A DNA stretch of 64,000 nt from Heptranchias perlo (lineage: Eukaryota): positions 15,376,001 to 15,440,000 of the forward strand of contig NC_090346.1 of assembly GCF_035084215.1 (NCBI RefSeq), written 5' to 3'. The notes beneath the pieces are model-generated. The model was not told the DNA's origin, made no database searches, and was given only the letters and a program-made list of their open reading frames with translations. Each line of letters starts with the position of its first letter. Positions within the stretch are counted from its first letter, which is position 1. Shown here one piece after another: positions 11,881 to 24,419 of this stretch. Both the position numbers and the translations under genes were made by a program.

Positions 11881-13269
11881 AAAGCAAGACAGGAGGAGGG
11901 GACATTGGCTTTAACATCAAAGTCTTGTACTGGGGCCTAAAAGACACAGAAAAAGTCTAGTACTGGGGGTCAAAGTCCTTAGTCTATTCATGACATATAT
12001 TCTGCTACAGAGTTAAGAGACCATCCATAGTTGTCAACATTTTCACAAGATTGTACAGAATGGAGATGATCAGGTAATGCTCCTTATGTGTATGTATTTG
12101 TGTGTATATATATTATTGTCATATTTTAATAATACTCATTTGGAAATTTTAAAAAACGAGGTCAGATCTGTACCCATGTGAAAAAGAGTGCAATTATGGA
12201 TGATCCCTCATGATTAGCAGGAGTGAAAGTCGGTGGAGTAATCTAAGAGGTGTGTTTCATTACAACCGTACATCCCACAAGCGGAATGACATAATTTGTA
12301 CTCCCCCTGACTAATCAAATGACTGCAGTTGCCTTTGTTTCTTGAGGCTGAGCATTCCTTGACTTTTTTTAACTTTTCATTCATGCTATAGCAATAAATT
12401 ATCGACCAGATCAAGATGATGTCACCAATTCGACCATTAGAACACGAGAGTGTAGATTGTATTGCGAGTTTGGGACACCAATGATGATTAATGCAAAATG
12501 AGAGTGCTGAAACAGTTACTGGTGTGATTTAACAAAAATATGCATTCGTTTCACTGTTTCCATTACCGTCCACTGTAATTTATACAGGATATTTCAGGTC
12601 CCATTATGTAACATGATAAATATCCCAAGCAAGGTTCTGTTCAATGGCTAACTTCATTTGTCTTATCACATGATAATCCTATTCATAATACTTCTATTAC
12701 ATTGTAAAATAAAATGGATTGCAAAGACTACTTTTCTAGTTTTTCTAGCCCCCAAAATCAGTTGAAACTACACTGTGATGTTATTTTGTCATCATGCTTT
12801 ACCTAAGGAAATTTCACTTATATTTCCATGTCTTGGGACGTTTTATTACGTTAAAGACACTTTTTAAGTGAAAGTTGTATTGTTTCTCCATACAAGTGTT
12901 ATAAAGTGTAGTCATTTATATTTTAAATTACAATGATAAACATTTTCTGACATATTAGCCCTCTGTCAATCATCCCTAATTAGACCAGGTACTAAAGGAG
13001 CCTGTATTTGCCCCTGGCTGCCACCTCTTTTGACTTAATCACAGCACAGATGGTAATGAAGTGCTCTGTATTCAAGCACAGTTTGGCAACCTCCTACAGG
13101 CAAGACTTGGAATCAAGCAGTTTCAAGTCCTTTGGACAAAGGTGTTCTCAACACAAAGGTTCATTTGGTAGTTTACATCTGGTCATGATTCCATTTTTAT
13201 CACCAATTGGTTGGCATCAACAGAATCCAATTATTCATGCACCACTTTCCTGATCAGCAATTTCAATTG

Positions 13270-14020
13270 TTCATATTAGGATTGGTTACAATTAACAAAA
13301 TGGCTCACAATGGATATGCTGCGCTCTTCTTTAAAATCACCGATAGCTTCATTTACTGATTCAGTCCCCAGCTAAAGGTAATGCTAATTCCTTCAAGAGG
13401 CAAAAATACTGACCAATTTCAGGAAAAACTCTGGGAAATTCCTTTCCAATTGCCTAAGGCAATCAAACCAACTCCAGGGGACCATAATTATCCATTATGC
13501 ATCACCAGATGTACTGAGTTAACCTTTCCATGTTTCTCTCCCCAGTATATCCCTATTTCTTTATTAACGCGGAACAGTTCATCACCAGAAAAACCATCTC
13601 CATTCATCAGGCTAGTCCCAAAGGACACAGACTCTTTATACCACTTCATCACTGATATTGCTACCTGCCAAAAATCCCCATGTATTAACTTTGAACATCA
13701 CTCCATGATGTAGTTTATCTATTCCCTTGAAGATCTTAAACAAAACAATAAGAACACCTCTATACCAACTTTTTTTCTAATGTAAACAATTGAAATTGCT
13801 GATCAGGAAAGTGGCACATGAATAATTGGATTCTGTTGATGCCAACCAATTGGTGAAAGAAATTATCTTTAGTCTTTCCTCATAGCACTGGTCCCCAGTC
13901 CAAATTATCAACTTTGTTGTCCTCCTTTGTACTCGCTCTAAGGCCGGGATGTCCCCTGAGATACAGTACCCAGAACTGTGTGTAATACCAAGGTGGAGAC
14001 ACACCAGCGTTTTGTACAAG
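13270..14020 (-). mobile_element. Old degraded CR1-type LINE fragments
   Basis: Minus ORF 13777-14019 (LYKTLV...DIPALERVQRRTTKLI...YEERLK) is the CR1 ORF2 C-terminus. Confidence 0.7.
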
Positions 14021-14023
14021 CTA

Positions 14024-14190
14024 GCTGTCAGTTTGGCTTAGTGGTAGCACTCTCACATTTGAGTCAGAAGGTTGTGAGTTCAAGTCCTAACTCCAGGACT
14101 TGAGCATATAATCTAAACTGATAGTTCAGTGCAGAACTGAGGGATGGCTTCATTGCTGGAGGCCCCATCTGCCTGTTGAGGTGGATCCTT
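14024..14190 (+). mobile_element. tRNA-derived SINE 5' part (DeuSINE-like)
   Basis: A-box tggcttagtgg and B-box gttcaagtcc, followed by ggacttgagcatataatcta; same family as 41192-41620. Confidence 0.7.
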
Positions 14191-16065
14191 GGTCATGGAA
14201 AAAAAGTTCAACAGAGTTGGTAGGCCTACCTGAAAGAGAATGGGCTTCAGGAGAGGTTCACCAAATGGATCAGCCTCCTCTACCCAAGCGCTGCATCCAT
14301 AGTAAACACTAGCAGCTGAACTTCCCCATCCTTCACCCTCACCAGGTGAAGTCAGCAGGCATTCTACTCTCCCCCTGGCTGTAGTAGCACTCACAATAGA
14401 AACCATCAAAGCAAATATCCTAGAGAGCGATAGATTTCTAGATATTGAAAGCATCAAGGGATATGTGGATGGTGCAGGAAAATGGCATTGAGGTAGATCA
14501 GCTATGATCTTATTGAATTGCGGAGCAGGCTCGAGGGTCTGGATGGCCTACTCCTATTTCTTATGTTCTTATGTTCTAGAGATCACTGTGAAAGTCCTGA
14601 GCAGGCTTCATATACCTGGGGGTTAATATAATCTGAGTGCACCAAAAGTTCAACAAAGGCTACTTCTCTCAGGATGACATGGCCCGCTGGACATCCTCCA
14701 ATATGAGTGAAGGAATGTTGGTATATCAACAGCTTAAGGTCCAAATATGTCTTACTATTTAGCAAAACATTATAATTTTTGCATACTTTTTTTTGTATGT
14801 TTTCATATGTGGGGGCAGAAAAATGGAAACAATCAAATAAATATAGGTGAAAATGTGAAGTCTACAGAAAAAGTCTGATTATGATCTGGAGCATTCTTAT
14901 ATATACCTGGTTAGAACTCCCTATCATTCATTGATCAATCTTCTGCAACATTAACATATAACAGTTGCCTTTTCTGCCATCTAATGGCACCAAATGGTAT
15001 CACTTACAGTTACTACAAAAAGAAGCATATACAAAGTTTGGAGTAAAAGCATCTCTAACTCTATCGAAGCAGTTTCAACTACACTGGGGATGCCTGGTCC
15101 GGAAATGGAAAATCGTAATTGTTGCCTATGCTCTGTAGTATAGGTAACATGAACATTGATTCGTAACCAGCCAAAAAGGAAGGAACCAGAGGGTAGTCAG
15201 AAGCGGAGCTAGGTCAAAATAGAGGGATGTACTGAGTTATGTGCCCGAAGGGTGTGTACCCCTCTTGTTCCAGGCATTCATAAATGACCTCGATATACTG
15301 TCTCAGTCCATGTCAGTATAAGTTGCAGATAACGCTAAGGGGTCGGGGTAATGGATTCAGAGGAGGAAGCTCAGATCTTATAAAGAAAACTTAACATGGT
15401 ATAAATATTTGCTGATCAGTGGCATGTTCTGAGCTAAACTAGATTCCCATTCTTTACTTAACAGTTTGACACTGCTCCCTTCACACTGGTCCACAACTTT
15501 CATTTATATAGCGTCTCTAAGATAGAAAAAAAATCCCAAGGCGATTTGTGGAGAAGAAAAGAACTTATACTGAGCCAAAGGAGAGATTACAAGGGAGAGG
15601 GTTGGTCAAAGAGATAGGTTTTAAGGAAGGTTTTGAAGAAGGAAAGGAAGAGAAGCTGAGGCAGGGAATTTCAGAGCATGGGGTCTAGGCTACTAAAGGC
15701 ACAGTTGCAAATGGTGAGGTGGGGAATGAGGCAAGAGGATTGCAGAGTTTGGGGGGGGGAATTATAGAATTGGAGGAGGTTGCAGGGATAGAAAGACTTG
15801 CATTTATATAGCGCTTTTCACGCCTCAGAACATCCCAAAGTGCTTTACAGCCAATGAAGTACTTTTGAAATGTAGGGGGCAAGGTCATAGAGCGATTTAA
15901 ACACAAAGATGAAACTTTTAATTACAATATACAAACTTCTTGAAGTAGTATTAAAATTGAACATAAAGGGCTAGCAACTTCGCCATGTGTTACATTTGTC
16001 CCATGGGTGAAATTCTGCACTCACTGTTCCCAGGGACAAGTGTAACACAGGGAGGAATACAAGTT

Positions 16066-16612
16066 AAAGCAGAAAATGCTGGAAATACTCAGCAAGTCAG
16101 TCAGCATCTGTGGAGAAAGGAACAGAGTTAACTTTTGAGGTCAAAGACCGTTATCGAGGAACAGCACTTCATCTTTCGTTTAGGCACTTTACAACCTTCT
16201 GGACTCAACATTGATTTAAATAACTTCAGATCATAACCACTGCTCCACTTTTTTTCAGACAGCAAGTGCTGGTAATGGTTGTAATGTTGCTATTTACAGC
16301 TCCACTAGACCCATCTTTTGTTTCTTTACTTGTCCCATTACCACCCTCCTTGTCTTGCACCATCATCCTTTTTTCATTTAATCACTCCTGTCCTCCACCC
16401 TAACATAGACCTTCCCTTTTGTTCCCTCCCTCTCCCCCCCCCCCCCCCTGGCTCTGTACTTGCTTGAAAACTGTTTAATCTTCAACTGTTTCCAGTTCTG
16501 ACCAAGGGTCATCGACCTGAAACGTTAACTCTGTTCCATTCTCCACAGATGCTTCCTGACTTGCTGAGTATTTTCAGCACTTATTTCAGATTTCCAACAT
16601 CCGCAATATTTT
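16066..16612 (+). mobile_element. Penelope-like element remnant: GIY-YIG C-terminus, 3' pseudo-LTR and inverted partial pseudo-LTR at the left end
   Basis: 16156-16236 translates EEQHFIFRLGTLQPSGLNIDLNNFRS*, typical of the end of a PLE ORF; 16076-16149 is an inverted copy of 16507-16580. Confidence 0.8.
16494..16530 (+). ncRNA. Minimal type I hammerhead ribozyme motif of the Penelope pseudo-LTR, probably inactivated
   Basis: agtt-CTGACCA-agggtc atc gacct-GAAAC-gtt-aact: helix I agtt/aact, helix II ggtc/gacc, palindromic ACGT helix III; core reads CUGACCA instead of CUGANGA. Confidence 0.6.
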
Positions 16613-16679
16613 GCACAAGCTGCAAAGTCACGCACAGATCCGAAATTTCCAATGGGGACAGGCTAGAGTCAATTTCTAT

Positions 16680-17030
16680 GTAACAAAGCGCGCTCTCTAT
16701 CCTAATGCGCGTGCACTGCAACCGCACTCTTAGCCCTCGAGTGCGCGCTTTCAAAGCAACCCGGGAGGCGTGACTCGTGCCTTCCCCGGCTTCACGTTCT
16801 GCTCGTCACCCAATTAGTGCTGGCCAATGAGCTGATCCGATCATTTTGGCCCCGAGCGCCAATCGGGAGCTGTATTGCTGCGGTGTCAGAGGTAATAGCG
16901 TGACGTAGGCAGGAACCGCAGGTGTTGCTTTCCTGTGTCAGTAACAACAGCAAAAGTCCAAGGGAAGGAATGTCCGGATTAGCAGAGTGTCTGTGAGCAC
17001 TCGGGATCCGCCAGTGCTGTACAGCCGTCA
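16680..17030 (+). promoter_or_regulatory. CpG-rich promoter of LCMT1
   Basis: CpG cluster; CCAAT boxes at 16810, 16824 and 16859; CRE-like TGACGTAG 16901-16908; NRF1-like tgcgcgtgca near 16706; about 600 bp upstream of the LCMT1 ATG. Confidence 0.7.
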
Positions 17031-17558
17031 ATGCACTTTATTGAGGATCCGACAGCAGCTTCAGGCGCATAATTCTAATTGAGTTTATGCTCCTCACCCA
17101 ACAGAGTAACAGTTTTGCCCCTCAGAATAATTTCTGTGTAACATTCTATATTTAGTGTAACTGTGCAGTTTCATTGTAGTAATCTAACATATCTTGTAAT
17201 CTCAGTGTAACAGCAGGAATCTAACCTCCAGTGCAACTAATTTATCAATATAGCCTCTATGTATATATAAACTATAATCTTTGTAACAAAGCAACTTTCA
17301 AATGTTTTAATTTAAACTATAGGTACAAGTAATTGTAAGGAAATGCAACATTTTATATTTTTAAGATCTAAGTATGAGTAATAGGAAAATAGTATATGTT
17401 AAATGATATCACTGGGAAATAGTTTGAGAAATAAGATGGCACCATAGTCAATTTTTATGACTTTGTGGGAGCTGGGAATGAGTTTGTGGAAGGTAGGAAT
17501 ACTCTTTTCAAAAATAATAGTGGTACAATATTTCCTACCCCCACAGTGTGAGAATCTA

Positions 17559-17647
17559 ATGGCTACCAACCATTCTTTCACTGGGTCCGATGACACAGCA
17601 GATGAAGCAGTCCGCTCCACGTGTGATGATGCAACAGTTTGTAAAAG
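17559..17647 (+). CDS. LCMT1: Leucine carboxyl methyltransferase 1, coding exon 1
   Basis: MATNHSFTGSDDTADEAVRSTCDDATVCK(R); donor AG|GTAGGA; 89 nt. Confidence 0.93.
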
Positions 17648-18157
17648 GTAGGAATGGCAAAGCTATTGGAGGAATGGGACAGGCTGTATATGAAAAACGT
17701 CTGGAGTGTGATGGTGTATTATTCCTTTGTGAGCAACGTGGTGTAGGTTGATATTCTACACGTAGTGAGCTTCTAAACATCAGTAGTGTCACACCGTTAG
17801 GCTGAACAGAGATCAGCCACTTCCTATTGGGAAAGAAAATTGGAGAGTTGTTCATCTGAGAAGGCTAGCAGCTGATTCTGTCAACCATGCAATAGCGTTT
17901 GGCATAAGAAGAAATAAAATTATTGCCCAAAGCTGAGTTGAAAAACTAATGTTTAGAAGCTTTGATATAAATTCAAAGATGTAGTTTGCAAATCTGTTCA
18001 TTACAGTCACTTGTTTGTACCCAACATAACACCGTCTGTTTAAGCAGGATTACAATTTTCTCCCATTCCTATCTACAGTAGGAATTGCAGAAGTTCAGTA
18101 TGCTGGTGCTTTCCTAGTAAAGCTATTTGCTTAGTCACCCTGTTAATACTACAGTAG

Positions 18158-18761
18158 CAGAGGCTGGGTATTCTGCGGCGAGTGACTCACCTCCTGACTC
18201 CCCGAAGCCTTTCCACCATCTTCAAGGCACAATTCAGGAGTGTGATGGAATACTCTCCACTTGCCTGGATGAGTGCAGCTCCAACAACACTCAAGAAGCT
18301 CGACACCATCCAAGATAAAGCAGCCCGCTTGATTGGCACCCCATCCACCACCCTAAACATTCACTCCCTTCACCACCGGCGCACTGTGGCTGCAGTGTGC
18401 ACCATCCACAGGATGCACTGCAGCAACTCGCCAAGGCTTCTTCGACAGCACCTCCCAAACCCGCGACCTCTACCACCTAGAAGGACAAGAACAGCAGGCG
18501 CATGGGAACAACACCACCTGCACGTTCCCCTCCAAGTCACACACCATCCCGACTTGGAAATATATCGCCGTTCCTTCATTGTCGCTGGGTCAAAATCCTG
18601 GAACTCCCTTCCTAACAGCACTGTGGGAGAACCGTCACCACACGGACTGCAGCGGTTCAAGAAGGTGGCTCACCACCACCTTCTCAAGGGCAATTAGGGA
18701 TGGGCAATAAATGCCGGCCTTGCCAGCGACGCCCACATCCCGTGAACGAATAAAAAAAAAA
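18158..18761 (+). mobile_element. Young 5'-truncated CR1/L2-group LINE 3' end
   Basis: Uninterrupted ORF 18182-18697, CpGs retained, A-tail 18752-18761; same family as 1685-2724 in opposite orientation. Confidence 0.9.
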
Positions 18762-18819
18762 GAATCTACAACACATGTCAACTTGCTGTTAGTTCAACTT
18801 CAGAGGAGTTTCTCATTGA

Positions 18820-18984
<165 letters not shown>

Positions 18985-19019
18985 TAATATGTTCCCCATC
19001 TCATTTGAAGGACTGACTT

Positions 19020-21069
<2,050 letters not shown>

Positions 21070-21249
21070 TAAAACAGTCACTTTTATGATTTGGACAAAA
21101 ATATGTCAGCCCTGCTCACAATTACTGGCTCTATAGTTTCCAGAGGTGAAGTTACAGAGCCAGCTACAGACATTCCTATCAGAATTTATATTAAATTATT
21201 ATTCAGGACACATGCCTAATTTAAATAGATACTATACTAACTACTTACA

Positions 21250-21555
21250 CAAGGCACTGTGTTTTATGGTACAGGTACAGAGAGACCTGTGCTTTACACA
21301 AATACTGTACCAGGTACTAACATAACATAGGAACATGTCACTATTTATGTAGATATTGTATCGCGTATTAACAGAAGGCACTGTCCTTTACACAGATACC
21401 ATATGAAGTACTAATAAAAGGCACTCTGCTTTACACAGATATTATACAAAGTACTAACAGAAAGTACTTTCTTGCTTTAATTATATAGGTACTGTACCAG
21501 TTACAAACAGACCCCATTGTGCTTTATTTATGTAGGTACTGCACCAGATATAAAT
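21250..21555. repeat. Degenerate minisatellite, unit about 43 bp (aggcactgtgctttacacagatactgtaccaggtactaacag-like)
   Basis: About 6-7 diverged copies visible by eye. Confidence 0.65.
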
Positions 21556-23601
21556 TGATATTTGCTGCAAGGTGATTGAATTTTCTGTTCTTAAAAAAGA
21601 TTTCAGTTCCACTGTGCGTAGCTCTCTGCCCACCTGGACCTGCTTCCTATGCTAGAAATATGACTTAGCCCTATTGGAAAGGTCAGCCAAATTTGTCAAT
21701 CTTTCTAGAACTGGTTTAGAGAATGTTGGGATTTTCTGGACCCTTAGTGTATAATCCATCATTATGTTTGAGTTTCAGCAGCTTGGTTTGGAGACATCTA
21801 CACGTAGAGTTTCCGTTTGCCTGAGGTTGGCAGACTTGAGGCTTAGGGGATTCCAAATGTGTGCAGGGCTACTGGAGTTTAAGCAGTTAAAACAGAAGTA
21901 CAGAACTCTGATGAGCGTCCTGCTTGTCCAGCTAGGAGCACCCTACCCATTAGCATTCAGGGTTATCTGGAGTTGAGTGGGGAGAATCCCAGGCCTCGGT
22001 AATAGGCCTACCCTTCCAGGTTCCATTAGCGCGCTAGACTCGCTGGTCAGTCATCCGTTTCCTGGGGTATTGTTAATTTGCCTCATTCAGGTATTGGATC
22101 ATCGAGCCTGGCACGGAGAGGGGTTGACTTATTTCCGAATTTCCATTGCCAACCATGTCATTACATTCCCAGCCCGTCCCCCAAGGATAGTCAGCAGTTG
22201 GTCATTCGAAAACTCAGAAGCACAGGTTTGAGGCCTAATACATGGAGAGTGGATGGTTTGTCTGTAAAACCAGTACATCCGTACAGAGCAAGACCTGAAT
22301 GAGTAATATTAATCCGTCAGTGGAGTTGGACGTCACATTGTTCCAAAATGAAGGAACTGGCCAATGTTCTGGTTGTTGTACTGCGTCCATAAACTAAGTA
22401 AATATGCAAAGTACAGTGTATTGGTTTAATGAAATACAGGTTGGAGAGAGAGATTTAGTGCCACTGTTCAAATTGTCTTGTTAACTCTGGCAGCTAGGCT
22501 CACGTTGGGAGAGGAGAATAGTGTCTCTAGCAACAGGACTTCTCTTTTTGGGAGAGGGAAGATAGTAGCTATTAGCTGAACTCTCATTGGGAAGGGGAGG
22601 ACAATATATCCTAGATGGGCTCCCACCAAGAGACCTAATAATTTTCGGGGCAAAATCAATAATTTGAAACCCTGTATTAATTTTCTGAAGCTATACATTA
22701 AAACTAATTTTCTGTTCAAAAGATTCAAGCACAGAAAAAGGAAGTTCAGCAATAGTAAATATCAGTTATGAGAGAGTAATTTCAAACAATTTTTTATGCA
22801 GCAAAATATGTCCTAAAACTAGGCTTGGATCTTAAACAAACTCGCAATCAGAGTCAACAGTTTTGTAACCCCTGAGGGGTTGTACAAGATTATGCATGTA
22901 CTAATTTGAATGCTTAGACATAAATAGTGGTTATAAATAATTGCATAGTGTATGAACACATTAAACTGTTACCTCCCACATAGGTAAAATCACAATTCAG
23001 ATCCTTTTCTGTCAACCTTCCTGATGTCAGCAAGCTAGCCCTCCCTCCTGTTCTATTAAAAATATATATATTTTTAAAGGTTTTTCGCTAATTAATTTTA
23101 TTTTCTATCTATTTCTTCTTCCTACAGTTTCCATACACCAAACACTATATCCAGCTGAGAGGACAGGCTGGGGACCTGCTCCCAGGCTGTTGGGAAGTGT
23201 TTGGACTGTACTTGTGGCCTCCCCATGGCAGTACGGTTGAGAACTCACTATGTGAGAAATTTCAGACAGAAATCCCAATGTCCCACCAATCTGGCACACC
23301 AGAACATTGTCATTTCACCCCAAAAAAAAACTTATTTGTCAAATGGGGAAAAAAATGAGGGACCCTTCCCTTTCTAATTTTTAGAAAAATGTTGGAAACA
23401 AGTAGAAAAAAAATCCTATGAAACTAGATATCTCTAATAGAAAAATATGTGTAGCAAAAACTAAAGGACAATCATAAGTGGTTTTTTAAACTAAATATGC
23501 CTGATTTTATTCTCTGGCAATGCTCGTGGTGAGTTGGAACATACACTGTTTGTATAACAGCAGGAGACGTTATCAACAAAATATGATTGGGCACTTAGAT
23601 G

Positions 23602-23740
23602 ATTTATAATAGAAGCTCCCTATGTAAACTTGTCATGCTGTAATTACACCCTCTCCCAGTGGAGGTATTGTAGTGCCGCCAGTGGCAGGAGAGCATAATT
23701 ATAGTGTGACAAGTTTACAAAGGCAACTTCCATCACAAAT
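23602..23740. repeat. Palindromic (MITE-like) element, copy 1
   Basis: Arms tgtaaacttgtcatgctgtaatta / taattatagtgtgacaagtttaca; homologous to 27890-28027. Confidence 0.75.
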
Positions 23741-24419
23741 ACGGACATGGCAATTTATACTGACAATCTAAAGATAAGGGTGGAATGTATGACTATCGAT
23801 TTGGGATTGAATTATGCCTGCTTTCCCTGTTCTAATCCCCTGCCCTCTAACCCCTCTTTGCCTTAAGAATGGACTTGGTCTTGACTCCCTTTGTGCAATG
23901 CCATGGCAAATTCACTAATATATGTACTGGTCAAACTCCTGTGTCATTGCATGTGGGGATTCAAGACCAGATGTAGTGATAAGGTTGAGCATGGGGCTAA
24001 TTGGACCCAGGAGGGAGGAAGGTGAGGAAATGGGGAGAGCAAGGGAGAGGGATAGGGGCAGATGGGAAGAGGAGAGGAGAGGAAAGAACAAGGAGGATAG
24101 ATGGAGAGAGAAGGAGGATAGATGGAGAGAGCAGCGGGAATAGGAGGCAGCCAGGAGGAGCAGAAGAGGGTAGAGGATAGTAGGGAAAGGGTTTTTTTTT
24201 TGATGATTTTATATAGCTTGTAGTAATGATTGAGCTATAAGCTATATTATGTCAGAGGTTATGAAATGTTGGCGAGTGCTAATCACTACAAATGAAACCT
24301 GAATATAATCCGTGACTGTAATCTCCTATGATTGTAAAGCTTACATACTTCCAACGGTTCATTACACAGTCTTACTGATACAGCTAAAAGCTTTTTAGAA
24401 ACTACTTTTTAGTCATAGA

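Noticed and set aside
11077-11960. 191-aa and 118-aa plus-strand ORFs overlapping the ARHGAP17 promoter
   Set aside because: Long ORFs are expected in stop-poor CpG islands; no recognisable domain
14024-14100. tRNA gene
   Set aside because: A and B boxes are present but there is no cloverleaf, and it continues into a SINE body
21764-22231. Selenoprotein or read-through ORF across the TGA at 21974-21976
   Set aside because: No SECIS seen, no homology recognised, intronic position
22320-22480. Faint resemblance of minus-strand peptides (YLLSLWT, TTRTLASSFILEQ) to hepadnavirus polymerase terminal protein
   Set aside because: Very short, in different frames and without RT motifs; not distinguishable from chance without a search
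23990-24190. Arg/Glu-rich ORF 23922-24143
   Set aside because: Purine-rich low-complexity repeat (gaggatagatggagagag), not a gene
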